Source: the human T2T-CHM13v2.0 reference genome, Homo sapiens. From it: 64,000 nt of DNA. Both the position numbers and the translations under genes were made by a program. Location: assembly GCF_009914755.1 (NCBI RefSeq), contig NC_060935.1, one strand, 5' to 3'. The notes beneath the pieces are model-generated. The model saw only the letters and a list, made by a program, of their open reading frames with translations. It was not told where the DNA came from and searched no databases. Positions within the stretch are counted from its first letter, which is position 1. Every line of letters starts with the position of its first letter. Positions 14,601-33,100 of this stretch are shown piece by piece.

Positions 14601-16617
14601 TCAAATTTTCTTTTGATTGAGCAGTTTGGAAACAGTCTTTTTGTAGAATCTGCAAAGGGATGTTTCTGAGCGGATTGAGGCCTACGGTGAAGAAGGAAAT
14701 ATCTTCACATAAAAACTAGGCATAAGCTTTCTGAGAAACTATTTTGTGATGCGTGCTTTCATCTCCCAAAGATGAACCATTCTTTTGATTGAGTAGTTTG
14801 GAAACATTATTTTTCCAGAATCTGCAAAGGGATATTTGGAAGCTCTTTGAGGCCTATTTTGAAAAAGGAATTATCTTCACATAAAAACTAGACAGAAATT
14901 TTCTGAGACACACTTTTTTGATGTGTGCATTCATCTCACAGGTTTGTACCTTTCTTTTGACTGAACAGTTTGGAATCAGTCTTTTTCTAGAATCAGCCTA
15001 AGGATATTTGTGAGGCCTTCGAGGCCTATGGTGTAAAAGGAAATATCTTCACATAAAAACTAGATAGAAGCTTTCTGAAAAACTTATTTGTGCTGCGAGC
15101 ATTCATCTCACAGAGTTGAAACTTTCTTTTGATTGAGCAGTTTGGAAACGGTCTTTTTGTATAATCTGCAAAGGGATATTTGGGATCCCTTTGAGGTCCA
15201 TGGTGAAAAAGGGAATATCTTGAAATAAAAACTGGACAGAAGCTTTCTGAAAAACTTCTTTGTGATATCTGCATTCATCTCCCACAGTTGAATATTTGTT
15301 TTGATTGATCCGTTTGGAAACAGTCTTTTTGTAGAATCCGCACTAGGGTATTTTTGAGTGTTTTGAGGCCTGTTATGGAAAAGGAAATATCTTTATATGA
15401 AAACTAGACAGAAGTTTTCTGAGAAACTTTTTTGTGACGTGTGCATTTATCTCACAGAGATGAACATACGTTTTTATTGAGCAGTTTGCAAACAGTCTTT
15501 TGATACTATCTGCAAAGGGATATTTCTGAACGGTTAGAGGCCTATGGTGAAAAAGGAAATATCTTCATGTAAAAACTAGACAGAAGCTTTCGGAGAAACT
15601 TCTTTATGATGTGTGCATTCACCTGACAGAGTTGAAACTTTCTTTTGATTGAACAGTTTGGAAATAGTCTTTTTTCAGAATCTGCAAGGGACATTTGGGA
15701 GCCCCTTGAGGCCTATGGTGAAAAGGGAAATATCTTCACATAAAAACTAGAAAGAAGGTTTCTGAGAAACTTCTTTGTGATGTGTGCATTCAACTCACAG
15801 AGTTGAAAATTATTTTTGAGTGAATATTTTGGAAACAGTCATTTTGTAGCATCTGCAAAGGGATATTTGGGAGACCCTTGAAGCCTATGGAGATAAAGGA
15901 AATATCTTCACATAAAATCTAGACAGAAGCTTTCTCAGAAACTTCTTCATGATATGTGCATTCATCTCACAGAGTTGAAACTTTCTTTTGATTGAGAAGT
16001 TTGAAAACAGTCTGTTTGTAGAATCTGCCAAGGGTTATTTTTGAACAGCTTGAGGCCTATGGTGAAAAAGAAAATATCTTCACATAAAAACTAGACAGAA
16101 GTTTTCTGAGAAACTACTTTTGATGTGTGCATTCCTCTCACCGAGTTGAACCTTTCTTTTGATTGATCGGTTTGGAAACATTCTTTTTGTACAATCCACA
16201 CTGGGCTATTTCTGAGTGGTTTGAGGCCTATGATGAAAAAGGAAATATCTTCATGTAAAAACTAGACAGATGTTTTCTGAGAAACTACTTTGTGATCTGT
16301 GCATTTCTCTCACAGAGCTGAACATATCCTTTGATTGAGTAGTTTGGAAACAGTATTTTTTGTAGAATCTGCAAAGATATATTTGGGATACGTTCATGGC
16401 CAAAGGTGAAAAATGAAATATCTTCACATAAAAACTAGACAGAAGCTTTCTGGGAAACTTTTTGTGATGCGTGCATTCATCACAGAGTTGAAACTTTCTT
16501 TTGATTGAGCAGTTTGGAAACAGTCTTTTTCTAGAATCTTCAAAGGGATATTTCTGAGCTGTTAGAGGCCTATGGTGAATAGGTAGATGATTTCTGGGAA
16601 ACTTTTGTGATATGTGC
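11646..16617 (+). repeat. Inverted ~5-kb alpha satellite block (conventional orientation)
   Basis: Orientation flips at ...CACCATAGGC|TTTCCGAGAAACTTC (~11645) and flips back at ...GTGATATGTGC|AAAGACTGTTTCC (~16617). About 29 monomers. Confidence 0.96.
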
Positions 16618-17909
16618 AAAGACTGTTTCCAAGCTGCTCAATCAAAAGAAAGGTTCAACTCTGTGAGATGAATACACACATAACAAAAAAGGCCTTCAGA
16701 AAGCTTCTGTTTATATTTTATGTGAAGATATTTCCTTTTTTATCTTAGTCCTCAAAACACTCAGAAATATCACTTTGAAGATATGACAAAAAGACGTTTT
16801 CCAAACTGCATGATCAAAAAAAGTTTCAAATCTGTGAGATGAATACACACATCACAAAGAAGTTTCTGAGAAAGCTTCTGACTAGTTTTTATGTGAAGAT
16901 ATTTTCTTTTTCACCAAAGACCTCAAAAAGCTCACAAATATCCCTTTGCAGATTCTAAAAAAAGACAGTTTTCAAACTGCTCAAATAAGAAAGTTTCAAC
17001 TCTGTGAGATAAATGCATGCATCACAAAGAAGTTTCTCAGAAAGCTTCTTTCTAGTTTTTATGGGAAGTTATTTCCTTTTTCACTGTAGGCCTCAAAGCG
17101 CCCTGAAATATCACTTTGCAGATGCTACAAAAGACTGTTTCCAAACTGTTGAATCAAAAGGAAGGTTCAAATCTACGAGATGAATGCACACATAACAAAA
17201 GTGTATCTCAGAAAATTTCTGCCTAGTTTTAATGTGAAGATAATTCCTTTTTCAAAGTAGGCCTCAAAGGGCTCCGAAATATCCTTTTGCAGATTCTACA
17301 AAAAGACTATTTCCAAACTGTGCAATCAAAAGTAAGTTACAACTCTGAGTGAATTCACACATCTGAAAGCAGTTTTTCAGAAAGCTTCTGTCTAGTTTTT
17401 ATGTGAAGATATTTCCTTTTCCACCATGGGCCTCAAAATGCCCTAAAATATCACTTTGCAGATTCTACAAAAAGAACGTTTCCAAGCGGCTCAATCAAAA
17501 GATAGGTTCAACTTGGTGAGATGAATGCACACATCACAAAGAAGTTTCTCAGAATGCTTCTGTCTAGTTATTATATGAAGATATTTCCTTTTTCACCTTA
17601 GGCCACAAGCCACTCAGAAATATCCTTTTGCAGATTCTGCAAAAAGATTCCTTCAAAACTGCTCAAAAGAAAGTTTCAATGCTTTGAGATACATGCACGC
17701 ACAGAAAGATGTTTCTGAGAAAGCTTCTGTCTGGTTTTTATATGTAGTTATTCCCTTTTTCACCATGGGCCTCAAAGGGATCCAAAATATCCCTTTGCAG
17801 ATTCTAAAAAGACTGTTTCCAAACTGCTCAACCAAAGGAAAGTTTCAACTCTGTGAGATGAATGCACACATCAAAAAGAAGTTTCTCAGAAAGATTCTGT
17901 CTAGTTTTT
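16618..17909 (-). repeat. Monomeric alpha satellite
   Basis: 171-bp repeats in the same orientation as 1-11645, ending in the L1 target site TCTGTCTAGTTTTT. Confidence 0.97.
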
Positions 17910-21895
<3,986 letters not shown>

Positions 21896-24800
21896 AAAAG
21901 AAAGATTCAACTCTGTGAAATGAATGCACACATCACAATGAATTTTCTCACAAAGCTTCTATCTAGTTCTTATGTGAAGATATTCCCTATTCCCTTTTTC
22001 AACATGGGCTTAAAAATGATCTCAAATATCCCTTTGCAGATTCTACAAAAAGACCGTTTCCAAACTGCTCCATCAAGACAAATGTTGAACTCTGTGAGAT
22101 GAATACATGTATCACAAAAAATTTTCTCAGAATGCTTCCATCTACTTTTTATGTGAATATATTTCCTTTTTCAACTTAGACCTCAAAGGGCTCCCAAATA
22201 TCCCCTTGTGGATTGAAGAAAAAGACTATTTCCAAACTGCTCAATCAAAATAAATGTTCAAATCGGTGAGTTGAATGCAAACATCACAAAGAATTTTCAC
22301 AAAAACCTTCTGTCTAATTTTTAATAGAAGTTATTTCCTTATTCACCTCAGGCCTCAAACCACTCAGAAATATCCCTTTGCAGATTATAGAAAAAGACAG
22401 TTTCCAAACTGTTCAATCAAAAGAAATGTTCAACTCTGTGAGTTGAATGAACACATCACAAATAAGTTTGTCAGAAAGCTTCTCTATTTTTTGTGTGAAG
22501 ATATTTCCTTTTTCACGGTAGGCCTCAAAGGGTTCCCAAATGTCCCTTTGCAGATTCTACAAAAAAACTGTTTCCAAGCTGTTCAGTCAAAAGAAAGTTT
22601 CAACATTGTGAGATGAATCCACACATAACAATTAAGTTTCTCAGAAAGCTTCTGAATAGTTTTGTTGTGAAGATATTTCCTTTTTCAATGTGGACTTCAA
22701 AGGACTCCAAAAATCCCTTTGCAGATTCTACAGGAAGACTGTTTCCAAACTACTCAATGAAAAGAAAGGTTCCACTGTGTGAGATGAATGTACATATCAC
22801 AAAGAAGTTCCTCAGCAAGCTTCTTTCTAGTTTTTATGTGAAGGTATTCCCTTTTTCTCCAATCAAAAGAATGGCTAACTTCTGTGAGATGAATAAACGC
22901 ATCACAAAGGAGTTTCTCAGAAAGCTTCTGTCTGGTTTTTATCTGAAGATATTTCCTTTTTCACCATAGGCCTCAAAGCACCCACAAATATCCCTTTGCA
23001 GATTCGTCAAAAAGACTGTTTCCAAGCTGCTCAATCAAAAGAAGGTTTGAACTCTGTGAGATTAATGTACACATCACAAAGAAGTTTCTCAGAAATCTTT
23101 TGTCTAGTTTTAATTTGAAGATATTTACTTTTTCACCATAGGCCTCAAATCACTGACATATATCCCTTTTCGGATTCTACAAAAAGACGACTTCCAAACT
23201 GCTCAATCAAAAGAAAGGTTCAACTCTGTGAGATGACTATGTACATCATAAATAAGTTCCTCAGAAACCTTCTGCCTAGTTTTTAGCTGAAGATATTTCC
23301 TTTTTCACCGCAGGCCTCGAAGGGCTCCCAAATAGACCTTTGCAGATTCTACAAAAAGACTGTTTCCAAAACTCTCAATGAAAGATAAGGTTCAATCCCA
23401 TGAGTTGGATGCACACATCACAAAGAAGTTTCTCAGAAAGCTTCTGTCTAGTTTTTATGTGAAGATACTTCCTTTTTCACAACAGGCCTCAAACTGCTCA
23501 GAAATATTCCTTTGCAGATTCTACAAAAAAAATGTTTCCAAACTGCTCAATGATAAGAAAGTTCAGCTCTGTGAGATGAATGCACACATCACAAAAAAGA
23601 AGTTTCTCAGAAGGTTCTGTCTACTTTTTATGTGAAGATATTTCCTTTTTCACCATAGGCCTCAAAGCGCCCTCAAATATCCCTTTGCAGATTCTACAAA
23701 AAGACCATTTACAAACTACTCAATCAAAAGAAATGTTGATCTCTGTAAGATGAATGCACACATCACAAAGAAGTTTCTCATAAAGCTTATTTCTGGTCTT
23801 TATGTGAAGATATTTTCCTTTTCACCATAGGCCTCAAAGCACCCTCAAATATCCCTTTGCAGATTCTACAAAAAGAAGGTCTCCAAACTGCTCAATCAAA
23901 AGAAAGTTTCAACTCCGTGAGATGAATGCACCATCAAAAAGAAGTTTCTCCAAAAGATTCTGTCTAGTTTTTTTTATGAAAATACTTCCTTTTTCACCAT
24001 AGGCCTCAATCCGCTCAGAAATATCCTTTTGCAGATTCTATAAAAAGACTGTTTACACACTGCTCAATCAAAAGAAATTTTAACTCTATGAGATGAATCC
24101 ACAGATCACAAAGAAGCTTCTCAGAAAGATTCTGCCTACTTTTTAAGTGAAGATAAATCTTTTTTCACCATAGGCCTCAAGCAGCTCAGAAATATCCCTT
24201 TGCAGATTCTATTAAAAGACTGTTTCCAAACTGTCCAGTGAAATGAAAGGTTCAACTCTCTGACAGGAATACACACAACTCAAAGAAGTTTCTCAGAAGG
24301 ATTCTGTCTAGTTTTTAGGTGAAGATATTTCTGTTTTCACCAAAGGCCTCAAAGTCATCCCAAATATCCCTTTGCAGATTCTACAAAAAGACTCTTTCCA
24401 AAATGTTCAATCAAGAGGAAGTTTCAACTCAGTGAGCTGAATGCACACATCACAAAGTAGTCCCTCACAATGCTTCTATTTTTTTTATGTGAAGATATTT
24501 CCTTTTTCACCATAGGCCTAGAAGGTGTCACAAATATCCTTTTGCAGATACTACAAAAAGACTGTTTCCAACCTGCTCTTTAAAAAGAAAGTTTCAATTC
24601 TGTGAGATGAATGCACACATCACAAAGAAGTTTCTGAGAAAGTTTCTGTCTAATTTTTAAGTGAAGATATTTCCTTTTTCACCATAGGCCTCAAAATGCT
24701 CATAAATATACCTTTGCAGATTCTAGAAAAAGACTGTTTACAAACTGCTCAATCAAAAAAAGTTTCAACTCTGTGAAATGAATGCACACATCACAAAGAA

Positions 24801-27800
24801 GTTTCTCAGAAAGCTTCTGTCTAGTTCTAATGTGAAGATATTTCCTTTTTCAACATGCGCCTCAAAGCGATCCCAAATATCCCTTTGCAGATTCCACAAT
24901 AAGTCTGTTTCCAAACTGCTTAATCTAAAGAAAGGCTCAACTCTGTGAGATGAATGCACACATCAAAAAGAAGTTTCTCAGAAAGCTTCTGTCTAGTTTT
25001 TATGTGAACGTATTTGCTTTTTCACCTTAGGTGTAAAAAGGTACCCAAATATCCCTTTGTGGATTCTAGAAAAAGATGATTTCCAAACAGCTCAATCAAA
25101 AGAAAAGTTATACTCTGTGAGTTGAATGCACCCATCACAAAGAAGTTTCAAAGAAAGCTTCGTTCTAGTTTTTATGTGAAGATATTTACTTTTTCACCAT
25201 GGGCCTCAAACCACTCAGAAATATCTCTTTGGAAATTCTACAAAAAGACTGTTTCCAAACTGCTCAATCAAAATAAACGTTCAACTCTTTGAGATGAATA
25301 TACACATCATCAAAGAGTTTCTCATGAAGCATCTGTCTAGTTGTTATGCGAAGACATTTCCTTTGTCACAGTAGACCTCAAAACACCCTCAAATGTCCTT
25401 TTGCAGATCCTAGGAAATGACTGTTTCCAAACTGCTCAATCAAAAGAAAAGTTAAACTCTGTGAGATGAATGTGCACATCAAAAAGAAGTTGCTCAGAAA
25501 AGTTCTGTCTGGTTTATATGCGAAGATATATCCTTTTTCACCACAGGCCTCGAAGGGTTCTCAAATATCCCTTTGCGGATTCTTCAAAAACACTGTTTCT
25601 AAATTTCTCAATCAAAGGAATTTTCAGTTCTGTGAGATGGATGCACACATCACAAAGAAGTTTCTCAGAAATCTTCTGTCTAGTTTTTATGTGAAGATAA
25701 TTACTTTTTCACCATAGGCCTCAAATCACTGAGAAATATCCCATTGCAGATTCTTGAAAAAGACTGTTTCCAAACTGCTGAGTCAAAAGAAATGTTCAGC
25801 TCTGTGAGATGAATGCACACATGATGAAGAAATTTCTCAGAAAGCTTCTATCTAGATTTTATGTGAAGGTATTTCTTTTTTCACCATAGGCCTCAAACCC
25901 CTGAGAAATATCCCTTTGCAGATTCTAGAAAAAGACTGTTTTCAAATTCATCAATCAAAAGAAAGATTCAACTCTGTGTGATGAATGCACACATCACCAA
26001 GAAGCTTCTCAGAAAGCTTCTGTCTAGTTTTTATATGAAGATATTTCCTTTATCACCATAGGCCTCAAAGCACCCTCAAATATCCCTTTTCAGATTCTAC
26101 AAAAAGACTGTTTTCAAACTGCTCAATCAAATAAATATTTATCTCTGTGAGTTGAATGCACAAATCGCAAAGAAGTTTCTCAGAAAACTTCTCTCTAGTC
26201 TTTATGTGAAGATATTTCCTTTTTCACCATAGGCCTCAAAGCACCCTCGAATATCCCTTTGCAGATTCTTCAAAAAGACTGTTTCCAAACTGCTCATTCA
26301 AAAGAAAGTTTCAACTCTGTGAGATGAATGTGCACATCACTAAGAAGTTTCTCAGAAATGTTCTGTCCAATTTTTATATGAGGATATTTCCTTTTTCACC
26401 ATATGCCTCAAACCACTCAGAAATATCCCTTTGCAGATCCTACAAAAAGACTGTTTACACACTGCTCAATTAAAGAAAGATTCAACTCCGTGAAATGAAT
26501 GAACACATCACAGAGAAGTTTTTGAGAAAGCTCCTCTAGTTGTAATGTGAAGATATTCCCTTTTTAAACATGATCCTCAAAGGGATCCCAAATATCCCTT
26601 TACAGATTCTACAAAAGGACTGTTTCCACACTGCTCTATCTAAAGAAAGTTTCAAATCTGTGAGATAAATGCACGCATCAAAAAGAAGTTTCTCAGAAAT
26701 CTGTCTAGTTTTTATGTGAACGTCTTTCCTTTTTCACCTTAGGCCTCAAAGGGCCGCCAAATATCCCTTTGCGAATACTTCAAAGAGGTTATTTTCAAAC
26801 TTCTCAAAAAAAAGAAGAGTTCTACTCTGTGAGTAGAATGCACACATCACAAAGAAGTTTCACAGAAAGCTACTGTCTAGTTTTTATATGAAGATATTTC
26901 CTTTTTCACCATAGGCCTCAAACCACTCAGAAATATCCCTTTGGAGAGTCTACAAAAAGAATGTTTCCAAAATGTCCAATCAAAAGAAAGGTTCATCCCT
27001 GTAATATGAATGCACACATCACAAAAAAGTTTCTCAGAAAGCTTCTGTCTAGTTTTTATGTGAAGATATTTCCTTTTTCACCGTAGGCCTCAAAACGCCC
27101 TCAAATGTCCCCTTGCAGATTCTGCAAAAAGACTGTTTTGAAACTTCTCAATCAAAGTAAAGGTTCAACTCTGTGCATGAATGTACACATCACAATGAAG
27201 TTTCTCAGAAAATTTCTGCCTAGTTTTATGTGAAGATATTTCCTTTTTCACCACAGGCCTCAACCGCTCAGAAATATCCCTTTGCAGATTCTACAAAAGG
27301 AGTGTTTCCAAACTGCTCAACCAAAAGACAGTTTCAACTCTGTGAGATGAATGCACACATCACAAAAAAGTTTCTCAGAAAGCTTCTTTCTAGTTTTTAT
27401 GTGAAGACATTTCCTTTTTCACCATAGGCCTCAATGAACTCCCAAATATCACTTTGCAGATTTTTCAAAAAGACTGTTTCCAAATTGCTCAATCAAAAGA
27501 AAGGTTCAACTCTGTGAGATGCATGTGCACATCAAAATGAAGTTGCTCAGAAAACTTCTGCCTAGTTTTTATGTGAAGATATTCCCTTTTTCACCATAGG
27601 ACTCGAAGGGCTCCCAAGTATCCCTTTGCAGATTATTTAAAAAGACTGTTTCCATATTGCTCTATCAAAAGATAGTTTCACTTCTATGAGATGGATGCAC
27701 ACATCACAAAGAAGTTTCTCAGAAAACTTCTGTCTAGTTTTTATGTGTAGATAATTCCTTTTTCACCATAGGACTCAAAACACTGAGAAATATCCCTTTG

Positions 27801-28535
27801 CAGATCCTTGAAAAAGACTGTTTCCAAACTTCCCAATCAAAAAAAAGGTTTAATGCTGTGAGATGAATGTACACATCCTAAAGAAGTTTCTCATAAAACT
27901 TCTGTCTAGTTTTTATGTGAAGATATTTCCTTTTTCACCATAGGCCTCAAAGGGATCCAAAATATCCCTTTGCAGATTTTACAAAAAGACTTTTTCCAAA
28001 CTGCTCAATCAAAAGTAATGCTCAACCCTGTGAGATGAATGCACACATCTCAAAGAAGTTCCTAAAAAAGCTTCTGTCTAGTTTTTATGTGAACATATTT
28101 CCTTTTTCACCTTAGGACTTGAAATGCTCCCAAATATCCCTTTGCAGATTCTACAAAAAGACTGTTTCCAAACTGTTCTAATCAAAAGAATGGTTCAATT
28201 CTGTGAGAGGGATGCAGACATCACAAAGAAGTTTATCAGAAAGCTTCTGTTTAGTTTTTATGTGAAGATATTTCCTTTTTCATCGTAGGCCTCAAGGCAC
28301 TCAGAAGCATTCCTTTGCAGATTCTGCGAAAAGACTGTTTCCAAACTGCTCCAAGAAAGTTCAACACTGTGAGATGAATGCATGCATCACAAAGAAGTTT
28401 CTCAGAAAGATTCTGTCTATTTTTTATGTGTAGATATTTCATTTTTCACCATAGGCCTCAAAATGCTCCCAAATATCCCTTTGCAGATTCTACAAAAAGA
28501 GTGTTTCCAAACTGCTCAATCAAAAGATAATTTTA
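21896..28535 (-). repeat. Monomeric alpha satellite
   Basis: 171-bp repeats, with an internal ~70-bp deletion near 22860. Confidence 0.97.
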
Positions 28536-29900
28536 TCAAGCTCCCAATGACTTTCTCCACAGAATTGGAAAAAACTACTTTTATGTTCATAAGGAACCAA
28601 AAAAGAGCCTGCATTGCCACGTCAATCCTAAGCCAAAAGAAGAATGCTGGAGGCATCACGCTACCTGACTTCAAACTGTACTACAAGTCTACAATAACCA
28701 AAGCAGCATTGTACTGGTACAAAAACAGAGATATAGATCAATGGAACAGAACAGAGCCCTCAGAAATAATGCCACATATCTACAACCATGTGATCTTTGA
28801 CAAACCTGACAAAAACAAGCAATGGGGAAAGGATTCCCTATTTAATAAATGGTGCTGGGAGAACTGGCTAGCCATATGTAGAAAGCTGAAACTGGATCCC
28901 TTCCTTACACCTTATACAAAAATTAATTCAAAATGGATTAAAGACTTACATGTTAGACCTAAAACCATAAAAACCCTAGAAGAAAACCTAGGTAATACCG
29001 TTCAGGACATAGGCATGGGCAAGGACTTCATGTCTAAAACACCAAAAGCAATGGTGACAAAAGCCAAAATTGACAAATGGGATCTAATTAAACTAAAGAG
29101 CTTCTGTGAAGTGAAAGAAACTACCATCAGAGTGTACCTACAAAATGGCAACCTACAAAATGGGAGAAAATTTTCACAACCTACTCATCTGACAAAAGGC
29201 TAATATCCAGAATCTACAGTGAACTCAAACAAATTTTCAAGAAAAAAACAAACAAACCCATCAAAAAGTGGGTGAAAGATATGAACAGACACTTCTCAAA
29301 AAAAGAGAAAATGCAGCCAAAATGTGTTTATGCAGCCAAAAAACACATGAAAAAATGTTCATCATCACTGTCCATCAGAGAAATGTAAATAAAACCACAA
29401 TGAGATACCATCTCACACCCATTAGAATGGCGATCATTAAAAAGTCAGGAAACAACAGGTGCTGGAGAGGATGTGGAGAGAAAGGAACACTTTTACACTG
29501 TTGGTGGGACTGTAAACTAGTTCAACCATTGTGGAAATTAGTGTGGTTATTCCTCAGGGATCTAGAACTAGAAATACAATTTGACCCAGCCATCCCATTA
29601 CTGGGTATATACCCAAAGGACTATAAATCATGCTGCCATAAAGACACATGCAGATGTATGTTTATTGTGGCACTATTCACAATAGCAAACACTTGGAGTC
29701 AACCCAAATGTCCAACTACAATAGACTGGATTAAGAAAATGTGGCACATTTACACCATGGAATACTATGCAGCCATAAAAAATGATGAGTTCATGTCCTT
29801 TGTAGGGACGTGGAAGAAACTGGAAACCATCATTCTCAGCAACCTATCGCAAGGACAAAAAACCAAACAAAGCATGTTCTCACTCATAGGTGGGAATTGA
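28536..29900 (+). pseudogene. L1 ORF2p C-terminal third, frameshifted
   Basis: The ORF track gives [13 protein letters not shown]...[27 protein letters not shown]... and [18 protein letters not shown]...FSLIGGN in different frames. Confidence 0.9.
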
Positions 29901-30119
29901 ACAATGGGAACACATGGACACAGGAAGGGGAAGATCACATTCCATGGACTGCTGTAGGGTGAAGGGAGGGGGAGGGATAGCATTAGGAGATATACCTAAT
30001 GCTAAATGACAAGTTAAGGGGTGCAGGACACCACCATGGCACATGTATACATATGTAACAAATCCTCACATTGTGCAAATATACCCTAAAACTTAAAGTA
30101 TAATAATAATAAAAATAAA
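28536..30119 (+). mobile_element. L1PA3/L1PA4-like LINE-1, 5'-truncated, ~1.58 kb
   Basis: Starts at ATCAAGCTCCCAATGACTTTC (ORF2) and ends in 3'UTR plus A-rich tail. Degenerate 14-bp TSD AAAAGATAATTTTA (28522-28535) / AAAAGAAAGTTTTA (30120-30133). Older diagnostics are GCATTAGGAGATATACCTAATGCTAAATGAC, GACTTACATGTTAGACC and GCAAGGACAAAAAACC. Confidence 0.92.
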
Positions 30120-33100
30120 AAAAGAAAGTTTTAACTCCGTTTCCAAACTGCTCAAAAAAAGGAAAGTTCAACTCTGTGAGATGAATGCACGAATCACAAA
30201 GAAGTTTCTCACAAAGATTCTGTCTATTTTTTACGTGACGATATTTCCTTTTTCACCATAGACCTCAAAGTTCTCCCAAATATCCCTTTGTAGATTCTAC
30301 AAAAAGACGGTTTCCAAACTGCTCACTCAAAGGAAAGTTTCAACTCTGTGAGATGAATGCAAAGATCACAAAGAAGTTTCTCAGAATGCTTCTGGCCACT
30401 TTTAATTTGAAGATATTTCCTTTTGCACCATGGGCCTCAAAGTGATACCAAATATCCCTTTGCAGATTCTACAGAAAGACGGTTTCCAAACGGCTCAATC
30501 AAGAGAAAGGTTTAAATCTGTTAGATGAATGCATGCAACACAAAGAAGTTTCTCAGAAAGCTTCTGTCTAGTTTTTATGTGAAGATACTTCCTATCTCAC
30601 CATAGGCCATAAGGGGCTCACAAATATCCCTGTGCAGATTACATGAAAATTCTGTTTCCAAACTGCTGAATCAAAAGAAAGCTTCAAATCTGTGAGTTGA
30701 AAGCGCATATCACAAAGAAGTTTCTCAGAAAGCTTCTGTTTAGTTTGCTTCTGTTTAGTTTTTATGTGAAGATATTTCCTTTTTCATCATAGGTCTCAGA
30801 GCACTTCAAATATCCATGTGCAGATTCTAAAAAAAGAGTGTTTCCAAACTGCTCTATCTAAAGAAATGTTCAACTTTCTGAGATGAAAGCACACAACACA
30901 AAGAAGTTTCTCAGAAAGATTCTGTCTAGTTTTTATGTGAACATATTTCCTTTTTCACTATAGCCCTCAAATGGCTCCCAAATAACTCTTTGTAGATTCT
31001 ACAAAAAGACTCTTTCCAAATTGCTCAATCAAAAGAAAGGCTCAAATCTGTGAGATGAATGCACTCATCAGAAGAACTTTCTGAGACAGCTTCTTTATAG
31101 TTTTTATGTGAAGATATTTCCTTTTTCACCATAGGCATTAAATCACTGAGAAATATCCCTTTGCAGATACTACAAAAAGATGGGTTCCAAACTGCTCAAT
31201 CAAAAGAAAAGTTAAACTGTGTGAGATGAATGCACACATCACAAAGAAGTTTCTCAGAATCTTTCTGTCTAGTTTTCATATGAGGATATTTAATTTTTCA
31301 CCATAGTCCTCAAAGGGCTCCCAAATATCCCTTTGAAGATTCTACAAAAAGACTCTGTCCTCACTGCTCAAAAGAAAGGATGAACTCTGTTAGTTCAATG
31401 CACACATCAAAAAGAAGTTACTCAGAAAGATTCTGTCTAGTTTTTTGAGAGGATATTTCCATTTTCACCACAGGCCCCAAACTGCTCAGAAATATCCCAT
31501 TTCAGATTCTACAAAAAGACTGATTCCAAACTGCTCAGTCAAAAGAAATTTCAACACTGTGAGATGAATGCACGCATCACAAAGAAGTTTCTTAGAAACC
31601 TTCTGTCTAGTTTTTATGGGAAGATATTTCCTTTTTCACCATAGGCCTCAAAGCACCCTCAAATATCACATTGCAGATTCTACAAAAGACTTTTTCCAAA
31701 CTGCTAAATCAAAAGAAAGGTTCGAATCTGCGAGATGAATGCACACATCAGAAAGGAGTATTACAGAAAATTTCTGTCTAGTTTTTATGTGAAGATAATT
31801 CCTTTTTAAAATAGGCCACAAAGTGCTACCAAATAACCCATCGTAGATTCTAGAAAAAGAATGTTTACAAACTGCTTAATCAAAAGAAAGTTTCAACTCT
31901 ATGAGATGAATGCACACATCACTAAGAAGTTTCTCAGAAAGATTCTGTCTAGTTTTTATGTGAAGATATTCCCTTTTTTACCATAGGCCTCAAACCGATC
32001 AGAAATATCCCTTTGTAGATTTTATAAAAAGACTGTTTCCATAATGCTCAATTAAAAGTAAGGTTCAACTCTGTGAGTTGAATGCACACATCACCAAGGA
32101 GTTTCTCAGAATGCTTCTGCCTAGTTTTTTGTGAAGATATTCCCTTTTTCACCAAAGGTCTCAAACCGCTCTGAAATATCTGTTTGCAGATTATAGAAAA
32201 AGACTATTTCCAAATTACTCAAATAAAAGAAAGGTTCAACTCTGTGAGATGAATGCACTCATTACAAAGAAGTTTCTCCAAAAGCTTCTGTCTAGTTTTT
32301 ATGTGAAGATATTTCCTTTTTCACCATACTCCTCAAAGGGTTCCCATGTATCCGTTTGAAGATTCTACAAAAAATTTGTTTCCAAATTCCTCAATCAAAA
32401 GAAAATTTCAACTCTGTGAGATAAATGCACGCATCACAAAGAAGTTTCTCACAAAGCTTCTGTTTAGTTTTTACGTGAAGACATTTACTTTTTCACCACA
32501 GGATTCAAAGCACCCTCAAATATCCCTTTGCAGACTCTACGAAAAGAGTGTTTCCAAACTGCTCAATCAAAACAAAGGTTCAACTCTGTGAAATGAATGC
32601 ACACATAACAAAGAAATTTCTCAGAAAACTTCTGTCTAGTTCTTATGTGAAGATATTCACTTTTTCATTATGGGCCTCAATGGGATCCCAAATATCCCTT
32701 TTCAGATCCTACAATAAGACTGTTTCCAAACTGTTCAATGAAAAGAAAGGATTAATTTTGTGAGATGGATGCACACATCAAAAAGAAATTTCTCAGAAAG
32801 CTTCTGTCTAGTTTTTATGTGATGGTGTTTCCTTTTTCACCATAATCCTCAAACCAATCAAAAATATTCCTTTACAGATTCAACAAAAAGACTGTTTACA
32901 AACTGCTAAATCAAAAGAAATTTCAACTCTGTGAGATGAATGCACACATCCCAAAGAAGTTTCTCAGAAAGCTTCTGTATAGTTTTAATGTGAAGATATA
33001 TCCATTTTCACCATAGGGGTCAAACCTCTCAGAAATATCCCTTTGCACATTCTAGAAAAAGACTGTTTCAAAACTGCTCAATCAAAGGAAAGGTTCAACT

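Noticed and set aside
28382-29203. 273-aa ORF fusing satellite-derived peptide in frame to L1 ORF2
   Set aside because: An in-frame junction has a 1-in-3 chance. There is no promoter evidence and the L1 part is mutated and frameshifts at its end.
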